A stretch of 49,650 nt of DNA from Phoronis australis (taxonomy: Eukaryota; Animalia; Phoronida), in contig NMRA01000289.1 of assembly GCA_002633005.1 (NCBI GenBank), positions 1-49,650 on the forward strand. Reading direction: 5' to 3'. Position numbers and translations under genes: made by a program. The notes under the pieces were generated by a model. That model was not told the DNA's origin. It did not search any database and saw only the letters and a list, made by a program, of their open reading frames with translations. Below are positions 11,242-23,900 of the stretch, piece by piece. How positions within the stretch are numbered: the stretch's first letter is position 1; each line of letters opens with the position of its first letter.

Positions 11242-13631
11242 CTAAGAGACAATTTGTTAGAATGTGAAAATCGGATGACATTTTCATGTTCGGTATTTGC
11301 ATATTTTATTCAAATAGATCAAGACAAACCTGAGAAGAAATATTTGATAACTCGCGGTATTTTAGCCTCCAGGAAGCGTTTTCACCACAAGTCGTAATCA
11401 TTAGAGCACTTCGGCTACTCGTTATTTCGAACGCGGCGTATGAGTAACGACAAGTATGCGTTTCATTTTTTGAGATTTTCGTCTACAAGTTAAACGCGAA
11501 TGTTTGGTTCACTATACAGTCAAAGGAGAAAACGAAACGTTCTATTGTATTTGGCGCTCTGGGAAGATGCCTTCGACTCATTGGACTTGCACATGTTGGA
11601 TGTAGATGATAAACTACGAAAAACACTCAACCACAACATTCAAATAGATTTAGCGTCCTTGACAGACGTGAAGCCTAGAGTCTTTCTCGGTAAGCTCATA
11701 TGGGCCTGGTCTCCAATCTCAGACTCATACTCATACTCGAGATTTCATACTCAAAATCGTGCTCACTGGAGTCGTACTCAAAAAATCGTATCTGATGTCT
11801 AATTTGGAGTAGACTCCAAACGTACTCAAATCTAACACTCATACTGGAGTTTCTATGGAACTCTTTATCATGTGAAATGCAAAACCACGCGAAGTCGCGC
11901 TGATTCATCGCTCCCTATGGGCATAGACCACCCCAGCAACTACATTATTGTCTACTATCGCTACAATTACAAGTGTATAACGTGGAATTCTGGCCCTGTT
12001 GTGTATGTACATTTTCATCCACTGGTGTTTATAATACAATAAAATTACATTTATTGTTTTTCCATGCCAAATGAGGTGGTATGGAGGTCGCAAGGTACAT
12101 GTATTGTTCAACTTGCTAGATCCAGTCGACGGGCGTAAGCGCATCGCATGGTTATCACCTATGGGACGCTACCATTGTTTTCCACTGCTGTGTCTTTATT
12201 GGATATGTCGATACAGGTTGCATGTAGCCTATATTGTACCTTGGGCGCACATCAGCCGGTTACCAATAAATACTTGCCCTTACATGGGCGGCGCAGCACT
12301 GAAAAGTGGGGGTTATAGCCTCCCAGCCCCCTATTGTGCCCCCCCATGCATTAGCTTTATTATACGAAAGAAAAACAAACCGAACAATGGATACGCCTAT
12401 TTACCGATATCTACGAGATGAGCTTACCACTTGATTTCCCGTGGGATTATTTCCGAAGTAGTGTCCGTGATTCTGCTGCACAATGGAGCAGCTTGATCTA
12501 GTGACCATCGTAGCCGGAAGCTCTACAATGACCCTACCGCAAAATTTCCACCAAACATTGCTGTAGTGGGTCGTATGCGCAAGTAAGCGCAGCCAACCAC
12601 CTTTTGGCATTTGAACGTAGCTCCTACGCACCGTAAGTTAAGTTCAGTGCTCAAGGTGATACTGTGGGTTTTGGGCGCCTACTTACCTCTATTTTTACCA
12701 CTACAGTACTGACACCAAATCTGCACTCGGACAGAATTGTTTTTTACAATGGACATTCGAGAAGGGACCGGATTTTTTAATTTTCGTTCAAAACTGTCCT
12801 GTTGCGAATAAGTACGTTGCAATATTTTTGAGCGCAAAGCTTTCAGATGCACCAACCAAATTTTGCTGAAACAATACAATATTACCGCACTGTCCTAGAA
12901 ATCTCTAAGCAGCATGATCAGCTAATTGTAGTACAAATCCGAAACGCGGAAAGGTGAAAAATCAAAACTTACACAACAACCTTGACTTTCGTTGGAAACT
13001 ATTTGAGATTGTAAGTTTAAAACTAAACTGCAAACAAGAAATGCTAACTTAACTAAACAAAGGCGCAATCTGAGTTGGCCTATTCGATTCGCCCTTAACA
13101 CGACTTCACAAGATCCAATCCAGTCTTTGTAATGCTTTTATTAGAATAGCCTCTGCTAACTTCCATTTTCTTTCTGAACAACAAAATTGCCTTCCAAAAC
13201 AAAGAGGCAATAGTCACAATCTAAGTGAATGTTTCGTAAATTATGCGTGGACACGTCTGACGAGCCTATGACATTGCTGATCACAGGGCGAAACAAAGCG
13301 TTGAACCTGAAACGTGTTGCGAGAGGTGTTGAAATTCTACCTCAATTCCAAAATGTTATAGTGTTTACAATGATACTAGTACAAACCTCGTCTTGTGAGT
13401 ATGCTTAATGCGGACAGTCTTTCAGTTAACGCGTTTCGGGGTGGAAACCATGACTCGTGGGCTTTTTGCAGTGCAAATTAGGATGCGCCATCTAATGATC
13501 AGGAAGTCCAATCGATGTATCCTTCTAAAGGCCTAGCAAAAGTGACCCGATGAAGTGAATTTGAGTTCCATTGACAGTTCTTTTAGTAACTCTATGTCTC
13601 AAAGTTTAACCAGGAGCATTATATTTCATAC

Positions 13632-13804
13632 ATCGACTGAAAAACGGATCCTTGGATCTAAATCATTTTGATCAATCTCGTGCTCATATAACTCCCATTT
13701 CCACTCCGCAGCTGAAGATTGCGTATTCCGGAATGAATTATAAATCTCATCTCCCCGTCGTCCATTTGACGAGTAGTAAACGTTGACACCAACAAGCATT
13801 CCAC
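13632..13804 (-). CDS. Gene A exon: MAM domain middle
   Basis: ttttcaatttag| ... |gtatga; 173 nt, phase 1-0, open. Translates GGMLVGVNVYYSSNGRRGDEIYNSFRNTQSSAAEWKWELYEHEIDQNDLDPRIRFSVD. The phases match both neighbouring MAM exons. Confidence 0.75.
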
Positions 13805-14719
13805 CTAAATTGAAAAAAAAATGCTAGTACTTATGCAGGTGTAGCCTTTCGTCGAAAACAATCGTATGTTTTTGACAGTCGGAAAGACCACTTTTCTTCT
13901 CGAATATACTAATTATCAACTTAAAAAAGGATTCTGAGCCCTGATACGGTGATTTTGTTCAAAATCGTTCTGTTGTAACCTGTTATCACATAGTTTGTGA
14001 ATGGTCAAAACAATGCTTTGGTAGGCACATAGTACTATGTTATGTGGCACAGAATACTTTGTGATTGTATAAAGGCATTGGAGGTGGATGTTGTTTCCCT
14101 ACATCCGACTCTGGTTAATTCGCCCAAGCGTTAGAAACGCTTGAGAATTGAGAGCAATTTTCAGGGTTACATAGCATTATTTTGCTTCAATTATCTAATG
14201 GCAGATAGGGTGAAACAAGGCTTAGTATCTTTCCATAGGAATAGACCTATTCCATTAGCTTTGGCATTCTATGAAGAAATTTCATCAAGCAAACACTAAA
14301 CAGTTCAATACAGTGAGGCCAAAATTGGGTAACCAATGAAACCGTACGCAGGTAGAGTAAGGCCATCGACAGATGCCTCTCCAGAAGAATACAGACATAG
14401 TGAAATTCAAAATGGTTAGCTCCTTGGACACCTACAAACACTCCTCACTTTCATACTGACAGGTTCAATTTAAAGGCCTTGCTCGGGCAGCGTGTTAGTT
14501 TTAGTTAAAGTGACGCTTACGTGATTATTCATTTAAATACCTGAGAATTCTGCCACCTGGACCTTGAATTTTAGTCTAGCAGCCACAAAAGGGTACCTAG
14601 AAATTCTAAGGTTATTCGGTTGTTTCATGTCTAGGTGACCCTCCTAAAGCCTTAGCTGGGTTGCACTCTAGACAACCTTGAGCATTTCAAAGAACTAGTC
14701 CAGAGCTGCGATCCTCCAG

Positions 14720-14940
14720 CGCCCAGGTATGGCTCATCCGATTTCCAACACATTTGAAACATAGGTAGTCCTAAGGAATCTCTGAACAGCAGTATTTTTC
14801 CAAAAATTATCCAGCGACCAGGTATGGCTCATCCGATTTCCAACACATTTGAAACATAGGTAGTCCTAAGGAATCTCTGAACAGCAGTATTTTTCCAAAA
14901 ATNNNNNNNNNNNNNNNNNNNNNCAGTATTTTTCCAAAAA
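14720..14940 (+). repeat. ~95-bp direct repeat next to a 20-nt N gap
   Basis: CCAGGTATGGCTCATCCGATTTCCAACACATTTGAAACATAGGTAGTCCTAAGG...CCAAAAAT occurs twice, and a third tail follows the Ns. It may be a real tandem array or an assembly overlap. Confidence 0.6.
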
Positions 14941-15439
14941 TGTTACGTTCTAACAAAGTATAGGCTGAAACACATTTTATTACTTCGTAGCCGTGTTTTC
15001 ACGCGGTAAAACTATCTATTTTAACCGTGTATTTTCCTTGCCATTTTTAGTGATGCCAATAGATTGTTATACAGATATTTTGAAAAAAGATACCGATTTA
15101 CATCCCTCATTTAGTAATTTTGCTACACTACTCCCGGTAGGCCATTTTGAGGTTATGTTTAATCCACGCCTATACCAAATCTGCTAAAGCGAATAAAACT
15201 TCTCCTTAGTATTGACAAAGCATGTTTCTTTCATCGCATATAATAAAATCAATGTCACCCAGTCTATTACTCACACATATTGCCACATCAAATGTACTAA
15301 AACGAGAAATTGTCAAATATCAGGGATGGTTTCGCATGCAAAAATATAATACACCGACCAGAGACTTGTACACTATAAAATCAGTTTTCATAATACAATA
15401 TAAAGACAAATGTAGAGTCAAAAGTACAATTGTCATGAC

Positions 15440-15800
15440 TCTACGCTCTTAAAGCATTCTCCACTTCCTCCGCCACATGTCCCAGTTTCCCACATTTGCT
15501 GAGAGTAGTCAATCTCGAAAAGTAACTTTGGACCTGTTGGGAAGTTAGCCAGTGATCTTTGACAAATACTTCTTTCCCGAATCGTTGCTTAAGCTACGAA
15601 TTCTCTTTGACACATCTTGGTGCTTTTCCGCCTGTCTCTTGCTCTCTCACAAACTCGTCCACAAGAAATTTGTCTATGGCCCAGAGAACCTTCTTACTGG
15701 TTTGGAACTTTTCCTTGCTCAACATATACAAATAATCGGCAAGTCCTCAACTTCAGCAGAAGCCACTTCTTCAGCATAAGCCATTTCTGATTCCTAAAAC
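15440..15800 (-). pseudogene. Degenerate C-terminal fragment of a Sola3-like transposase
   Basis: Reading across stops and frameshifts gives ARKSSKPVRRFS..NFL..EF..EQETGGKA..DVSKRIRS..DSGKKY..DHWLTSQQVQSYFSRL. This is homologous by eye to the C-terminus at 45740-45940. Confidence 0.6.
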
Positions 15801-16298
15801 TGTGGTATTGACAAAAATTAAACGTACAACTTCATGTGTTCATTTTGGCTAAGAAAGTGTGAATACCAAGCTCAAGTTAAGGCATCACATTAAGATTTGA
15901 TTGTAAAAATTCAAACAATTAATTTTTAAGTAATTGACAGTAAGAAAAAGGTCTAAAACAGAAATTGGGCGCACTACATGCAGAAAATATTGAGACCGTT
16001 TGAAATTATAAGCATACATATGTGTCAGCGTCCATTTTGAAATGCATCAGCTGTGCATTATAATTTTTCTTTCATAAATAGCGAAGCATAAGGCAGTTGA
16101 CCGATTTTATGCCATTAAGCAATTGGTTACAGATTTTTACATGTACTTACCATTACTGTAGTATCCATGGGTTCCAAATCAGACTCGCTTTCTTTTGACC
16201 TACTCTGTTTTGATTCAGATTACCTCAGTTATTCGTTGTGGAAACCACGATGTTGAGACCAGTGGGCATTTCAAACAAAATTATGTTGATAGAACCGA

Positions 16299-16410
16299 GA
16301 TCCTGAGACAATTAAGTTGAAATCCAGAGATACCAAGATAATTAACTCGGGATATCAAGATCCTGAAATAATTAAATCGGGATCAAAAGATCCTGAGATA
16401 ATTATAACAG
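16299..16410 (+). repeat. Degenerate ~30-bp tandem repeat, about 4 copies
   Basis: GATCCTGAGA(C/T)AATTAA..GGGAT..AA units. Confidence 0.6.
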
Positions 16411-17174
16411 AAACGCGAGATGTCATCTGTGGGCCACCGTACAAAACTACGGTACAAAACAAACTGACCAACGTTCAACTACACATCAATCTCAAAACAG
16501 TATTCTTAATTGTCATTTTGTTTTCATGCACCTTTTGAACTATTTTCTAGACAGTCATAAAAATCGTTATTTTGATAGCCGTCATGCAAACGACAAACAA
16601 AATCAATTTCTGTGCGTAGAAATTTCAAAAAAACAGAAGGTAAATTGAAAATAAACGATAGTAAAAGCAACTTGAGCAAATTTCATTTGATATGAATGTA
16701 CAATACGAAATCTAAAAACTCCGTTGCAGTTTTCTTCATTGTCATATTGCTTTTACTTCCTTCAATTTTTTTGCCTTTTTCAGACAGTCTTGACGGTTCT
16801 ATAGATACCTGTACATGTAGCCAGCCAAGGAAACGGGGAATGACATGAAATCATTTCCTATATTCGTTTTGGAAACAGTGCATACAGCATATCATTTAAA
16901 TTTTTCATATGAATCTGACAGCCATTTCTGAAATATGAGGCTTCAACGTTAACCAAATTCCGAATATTTTCTCAGGTCATAGATGACCTCAGTACCAATG
17001 TGGTGAGATGGGGCGTCATCAATATGCCTTCTAGTGAAAGAGTTAATAAATTATAACTTTTTGATGGTAGCCATAATGAAATAAAACCTGGCAAACGACA
17101 TTTTGAATATTTTGTTACAAGCTAAACTTTGACGCGTTAAAAACAGCTTGACACATGACTTCTATTGGCCACAA

Positions 17175-17260
17175 GGTCCCGGTTGTATAAAAGTTTGTAT
17201 CCAGCGGATAAGAGCTTATACACTGTACGTCGGATAGCAAGTTTTATGCAACCGGGCACA
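17175..17260. mobile_element. Small hairpin MITE-like element
   Basis: Inverted arms CCCGGTTGTATAAAAGTTTGTATCC ... GGATAGCAAGTTTTATGCAACCGGG. Confidence 0.55.
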
Positions 17261-18328
17261 GGTCAATAAATGTCACGGTTTGTCAGCTTCCAGAAAAAAT
17301 GACCAAGGCCACATTTTATTTCACTTATGTGTACTGAATGTACTATATTTGTCATAAAGGGTTTTTGAAATTTTTGAAGTCAAGAGTAAAAAAGTCCACC
17401 CATGGCTTCTTCTCTCTTTTACCCATATGAGGGAAGTCCCACCATTTTGACAACACTTCCTTGTTCAGGTTTCTGACAACTGGAATTTGGAGGGTAATGA
17501 ACGACTTTAGCCTAACTTATTTCAGGGTTTATACAGGGCAAGAACGATTGGAATCTTACCTGTAAATCCGCTCAGGAGCCGAAGGACGGGGGCAGTCGTG
17601 AATTTGTTATTTTGAAGAGAAAAATTAATTCTCGATAAGTGATAATCATTTTTAGTATCTCATTGTGGACATACCAAGGCAAAAAGACGTGACTTCGAAG
17701 AGTTACTTTTTCAGTGGCAACCTCCATCGAGTGAGCTTGATGCAAGTAGCTTTGACGAATGTCTTGAGATATATTGGTAACAAGGGTTTTTGTTGAATTA
17801 GTTTGTGCTTTGGGCGGGATCTTGGCCCCAATTTTGTTCTTGGTGCCAATCTTGAGAATCTATATGGCGGGGATTTTTTACGCAATCTATTTGAAATTCA
17901 TTGACTATTTGCTATCAGTTAGCATCTTAAGATTCGTGCCGGTTAGCCAAAATGCACACTTTCCTAAAAAATTCATCCTTATCACTTCCTGGTGCTTTTT
18001 AAACAGGTTCGACCATGTACAACAACGCATATAGTTTTTAGACTAAAATGGCGATATAATGTATGTGTGAAATTGCCCTTTAACAACTGAGTATTCAGAT
18101 CAGTATAGCTTTGAGTGGAGCTTACCACACTCGAGCTCAATCCTGAAATCGCATTTCACAATTTACCCCGCGATACGTTCCAAATCGCGAGATACACACG
18201 AGTAAAACATAGTTGGGTCACGAACTAGGTTCTAAAGCATCGAAGAAATGCATTAGCTTGCGAAACTTGGACAGAACCCCGATAAGAATACTTGTTGAAA
18301 GTAAGAAACTAATTCTACAAAGACGAAC

Positions 18329-18671
18329 CTATTATAATGTAATAGAACCGGACACAGTATGAGCTGTGCTGATAGAGTATCAATCCTTCGAGACTGATTT
18401 TGTCGTATGGTTTTAGACCCACTTCAGTCAACGACCCTGGCTTCTCATGAGAGCCTGACCACAGGTAACGGCTTGGGCCGTTTTTTTCTTCACAAATTGG
18501 AAGCCGTTTGTGTGATCCACTCTGGGATGTAGATCCGAAACATAAGAGGTATCCAAGAAGTCAAAATACGATCCTTCGTGAAAGTTTCCTTTGTCCCCTA
18601 GACTCTGTCTGAATGGACAACGGGATGTTCCAAGGTACCGCCGTACTTGTCAAAGGTGCAGATCGCGAAAT
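18329..18671 (-). CDS. Gene A exon: MAM domain N-terminal half (two frameshifts as assembled)
   Basis: ttctttccag| ... |gttcgt; 343 nt. Three consecutive frames read DFAICTFDKYGGT / SRCPFRQSLGDKGNF...HPRVDHTNGFQFVK / NGPSRYLWSG...SYCVRFYYIII. These carry the MAM hallmarks CxFD, P..DHT.G and CVRFYY. Confidence 0.8.
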
Positions 18672-19230
18672 CTGGAAAGAATGTGGCCATATAGTTTTGA
18701 AGTAGATCATTAACAGACAATTCGCTACTATTTCAGAACATGGAATATACTTGACCAGCTGTAAGTATACTGGCTGTTAGCCAGCGAGCTAACCAGCTAT
18801 GAAAAATAAGACGGTCGCATAATTTCTATAAAAACGATATTTTAATTCAGCGATTTTTTCTCTCATGTTCTCTCACTTGTAAATCACCGATCTCCAGTTT
18901 GAATGCGGGTATCGTGTCGTCGGGATCCTTTGACTTGAGAATTACTCTGTTACCAGTGGTAACCTACTTTAGCAGACGATATTTTCGCGGTCGAAGTTTA
19001 GCTATAATAGTTGCTAAACCTTAATTTATGGATTCGTTTTTTCTATTTTTATTAAATTTTCTATTGGTTTTGAGTAAAAGCGTTATTTCATAAAAATAGC
19101 TCGGATTTTCTTAAAAGGTCACGACCTCCAACCCCGGGCCTGTGACATAGAAAGTAGTTACAAAGCCGAAGCGAGTCGAGAAAAGGTAGATCGATTCATT
19201 GCAATGTTTCTCTTTCAGTATGTGGCATAA

Positions 19231-19390
19231 ATAGATTATTACATGTTCTCAGTCGTTACCCCCCTTTTCTAGAGTCCTCGTGGATTTTGGAGAATTATCG
19301 CCCGAGGGGCATGAGCCTAAATTCCACTGGGGCTCCAGAATACGGGCGAATAGAATACGGGGATAACGACTTCGCCATGTAATAATCTAT
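19231..19390. mobile_element. Hairpin MITE with perfect 15-bp terminal inverted repeats
   Basis: ATAGATTATTACATG ... CATGTAATAATCTAT. The internal arms AGTCGTTACCCC / GGGGATAACGACT and GTGGATTTTGG / CTAAATTCCAC also pair. Confidence 0.75.
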
Positions 19391-19562
19391 ATTTACCACT
19401 CTATGTTAATCTTCCATAGACCCCGAAATTGCACACAACCAGGGTAGTCCTGCTTGTCATCTCGCTGTGAAGCATGTATCAACAGGTACAGCTAAAGACC
19501 GGACGGGGTACATGTTCATACAAAATCTGGGAATCATCCGACACTAACCTTGCTCGTAACAG

Positions 19563-20015
19563 CCATTTAAGTGAAAAACAATCTAATAAACGTCGTTTTC
19601 TTGCGTAATTCTCCGCCTTTTCTAACAAAAAGAAGTTATGTCGTCATTTTGAAAACAATACGCTCGTGACACGCTCACCTGCCATTTCATAAATTTTTGC
19701 TACATCACTCGGGAGATGATGATAGCTTGGCAGCAACAATTTTTTTTCTGAAATTCGGTTTTTTGGTATCAAAAGTCTAAAAACTTATATTTAAGTGAAA
19801 CCAGTTCCGATAATTTGTTGTGACATGTACGCAACCTCGTCAAAGAACAACAGTTGGTTGAAGAATCGGCAAAAAAATAAACTGTCCAATAGGTGACACA
19901 ATATTTCAAATCATTGCGCCGAAAGCCGACCCATAAGATCGCCCCGCAACTTAAGCTGCAGAATAACGGTAGACCGACTCCAGCACGGGTAAATAATTTA
20001 ATTTACTCAAGGAAG
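19563..20015 (+). repeat. Dispersed repeat, copy 1 (probable DNA-transposon relic)
   Basis: Collinear similarity with 48622-49061 (e.g. TTCTTGCGTAATT, TCGTGACACGC, TACGCAACCTCG, TTGAAGAATC, ACTCAAGGAAG). Confidence 0.75.
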
Positions 20016-20204
20016 GGTGCAGTTTTTAATGACATTAAATTTGTGTCAGATTTTATCTAGTCAGTTTTTTAACCACATGTATTTAGTATACAGCTTTGTA
20101 CGAAGGCTAACGGGCTACGTGATTGTGTGCTAGATGCAGATATTTCTCTTGGTAGATTGGGTACTCTTTCATTCACTTTTGCTGCTAATTAATGCAGAAC
20201 TAAC

Positions 20205-20369
20205 CTGAACAGGGCCATGCTCCACAAGGCTTGAAGCTAGTATCCATTCCGAAGCACTGTCGTCCGCCATTGGCAGGAGTCGGATTGGTACACTGCCGAA
20301 ATCTAGTTTGAACGCCACATCGACCTTGACACGATGTCCAACTTCCCCACTCGGTCCAATCGCCATTTA
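20205..20369 (-). CDS. Gene A exon: thrombospondin type 1 (TSP1) repeat
   Basis: cctttttcag| ... |gttagt; 165 nt, phase 1-1. Translates NGDWTEWGSWTSCQGRCGVQTRFRQCTNPTPANGGRQCFGMDTSFKPCGAWPCS (WxxWxxWxxC, RxRxC, NGG..C). Confidence 0.93.
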
Positions 20370-20814
20370 CTGAAAAAGGAATGTTTGAAAACTAACATTC
20401 CGTCATTGCTTAAGAGTGTGTCATAAATTCAAAACTTTATCGGTTTAAACTGTTATAAACCCTACCATTGATGTAAAAATAACTTTTCACTTAGGCACCT
20501 CTAAATTGGTCTCAACTTACTCACATTAAAAGTGCTTGGCTACAGGAGGAAATGACAGTTGATTATTATTCAACGCCATCCTCGGCGCATGAAATAGCTC
20601 ACCCAAGCACGCCTCATTTGAGTGAGAAACAAGTTTCATAACACTAAGCAACTGTCTTCACGAAAGGTACTTCTTAAAATTCTTAGAGACATGTTCAAGA
20701 ATCGAAACAGTACACAAAGGCAGTTCTGGCAAATAACAAGAAAATAGAAGGAAGGGTTGCTTTATCTGTAAACATAATTGAAAAAGTTACATACCTCTTC
20801 TTGTAACTACCTAC

Positions 20815-20922
20815 TTTTTTCACACCAACGACCCGATATTCTCTCGCCGCAGGTGCAGTAAGCCATGCCAATTTCATTGGTTTTGCATTTGCCTCCATTT
20901 TGACAAGGACTGGATCGGCAAT
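20815..20922 (-). CDS. Gene A exon: EGF-like domain
   Basis: cattttccag| ... |gtaggt; 108 nt, phase 1-1. Translates CRSSPCQNGGKCKTNEIGMAYCTCGERISGRWCEK (six-Cys EGF pattern). Confidence 0.92.
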
Positions 20923-23900
20923 CTGGAAAATGCGATGATGGTGAAATAATGAGACCGTATAGTAAAGGTTCCGTTCAGTTTAAGAAGCACAATTAGGCGC
21001 ATTGTACTGCTTCCAAGAGATAAGTGATTACCACGCCCAACTATCCAATTCTGATTAAAAAGCTTGGTTTTGAGATTTGAAACTTTATAAAGAACTTTGA
21101 ATGAAGTCGTATAGTGGTGTTATGCTAAGATGCATCGCGTTTTAGAATTTTGAGATATTTCGAGAGTTTTTCTGCTAATAATCCGACGCCGTTTATATAT
21201 TTGAGCGCACATCTACGAAGAGGTACATTTGGATGCTCAACTGTTTTCCATGGTTAACGATTCTTTAAGGACTCGGCAAGTTATTGCTGTTTCTATTTTG
21301 CAAACGCTTGTAAGTGTCATGAGTAAAAGCCGGAAAATCACCCGGAACTGACAAAAATCATTCAACGTGCACGTTGTTTAGCGCGTCTAATTCCATGACG
21401 TAGTCCACCTAGGTAATGAGCACAGACATCAAAAACAGAAAAAGTTTCACCACATATCAGAGATACACAATTTGGACATGGCAACTGAAGAATTGTTGTG
21501 ATAGATTTCTCAGTAGAAACTAAACACTTGTACCACTTTTTTCCGCATCTTTTAGAGACGAAACTCGCGCTAGGCTATTCTACGTGATAAACAATCCTCA
21601 CTTATTGATTTTCTCACATTTAATGCAGTAAACACACTGTGAGTTACGTGTTGCTGAACTGTAATCAAAATGGTTGCAAATTACAGTGCAAGTATCATTC
21701 ATCATGACGTTATCGGCAGTAGAGTCACTTCAGTCCCAAGAAATAAAGTAATGACTTGAAGTGAAGTTTGTACAACGTACTGTACAAAATAAGGGAGCTA
21801 AAGGTTGGTGCCTCAGTCTTCGTTTTACTATAACTTAATAACACGGAGAATTAAGGTGACTAATATATTAGGAATATACCCTAGAGTTCAGATTACTAAC
21901 ACTTCATGACAATATCTGCGTTATTTAGTGACTTAAGAAGAATAACAGTAGCTTAAATTCACACACTTTTTTAAGCCAAAACGTGTGCTGATTATTCCCT
22001 TGTAACAGACTGTAATTGTAATTGACCTATCGCAAGCTCAGCCCCTATGCGAAGTCACGTGATACCCGACAAACAAACAAAAGCCAGAAGCCAATTCACT
22101 GCCGCTAAATAACGTTCCTGGTGGAATCGATGAGTGTTTTTGCACTGTTTGAAAACACTTCGACAAAGACAACAGACGATGCTGATTGTTTTCACTTAGG
22201 ATGGAATATAATGATGTCACCAAAGTCGTAGCTCCCCCCTCGGCTGCCATCACGGTTACCATCGTTCTCAAAGTGAAGGATCAATATTCTGTGCCCCTTT
22301 TTCCTGGTCTCCCCTCCAGCTTTAACCATGTCTGCCACATATTAAACTGAGGAATATGTAAGAACAACACGGCGACACCTAGAATCGATGTACTGAAATC
22401 TTGATCTGAAAGCGCCAAAAATTAAATATGACCACTGTTATCATGGTTGCTACAAAGTTATAAGCTTCTGGTGACTGGCAGGCATGTATAATTTTTAAGC
22501 GCTTTGGATCCAATCGTTTAGCATTTTCTTGCATTTACTTATACTCTGACAAAGCATACAGTGCATTTAAATCTGTTTTATTTCCCATGTACAGACTGTC
22601 GGGTAAGATATCGGACATCTGTCCTGCCTCAGTCATGAAAAAATCAGAAGTGGACGTAAATTAGACGTCTCCTTGCCGCCTGCCCCCAAAACAACCCCCC
22701 CTTTTTTTCTATGAGAAGCCCCGATTCCAACGACGAGATTTGAAGTTAGAAACTGTTTGTCTGTATAGTGCACAGAACGCACGTGACTGGACAAAGCATT
22801 TTATAAACTAATGTCATGCTATAAGTACTCGTAAGATGGAAAATACGACGCTTTTTGAAAACGCTGGTTTTAAATACGTTTGATTGGCCTTCCCATCAGA
22901 CGTCCCATCTAAATTCTTGTAAATTTCCACGTCTGAATACCATATCATATGTTTAAGGTTCAGACGTCTGTTTAATTTCAATATGGCGGTGGGCGGCTAT
23001 TTTGAACCAGCTTTAACAGCTTAAAGGCCTATGGTCAAAGTTATAGAAGAAAACCTCTTAACGCCGTTTAAGCCGGTTTTTTGATGCGACATGGGGTTCA
23101 AAAAGTTATTAACTTTCAACACGTCCAAAAAAATTTTTAAAATCGTTGTAAATACTACAAACGAATGAAATGTTTACAAAGAATATAATATACGGGACGT
23201 TCTAATTGCCACAGATCTAGAGGTCAACAGAATTAATCATACAAATAGCGGAGACTAGTAGGTCTATGTAGTGTACACCCGGAGGCGAAACGCAGTCGTC
23301 CTGCTCTACGAGATTCAGAAAAAGACGTGTTAGCCAGTGCAGAAAGCGGCATTACCAACGAACCGTGTACCTGTAAGCGACTCGTTCGATACGTGAAAAA
23401 CAATGAGGACAAGACTGAATGTTCGAACTCATCATGAAGGTTTTACATTACAACAATACCCACATCATTTTGAAGAGTCTCAATTCGATCAGCTGTTCAG
23501 TTTTTGATTTGTTGCGCTTAACTAATACTAGTTCTGATTCACGCTGACCCGGATTAGTTACACCATGTTAGTGTTTTAACGTGCAGTTAAAACTGCTAAG
23601 GCCCTTTCATTATAACGTCGACATGTCGATGTCTTGGGGAGTTGCAGTCAGTACATGTATGGAGGGTAACTTGGGTCCTGAATCAAAGTTAACTGTGCCA
23701 GTTGACTTCACAGTAGACACGCGGAGAGTAGACGCTGCGGTGCAGTATGAATGATCAACTTCAGTTACATCGAAGAGGTTATTGTCAGGGGACACTGTTA
23801 TCATCAACAATTACAGGGTAGTGTCGTCGTTAACAGATGCTCATATTTTGCTCGAATAGTCACCAATCGAATTAGAAATAGTTTTTTGGGTCAATTAGCA

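Noticed and set aside
12401-12879. Two minus-strand ORFs ending near good GT donors inside the MAM intron
   Set aside because: The MAM domain is already complete and in phase without them, and they carry no recognisable motif.
22180-22410. Exon-like minus-strand stretch with YDFGDII, considered as an astacin Met-turn exon
   Set aside because: It lacks the SxMHY Met-turn and any nearby HExxH exon, and the frame closes without a suitable donor.
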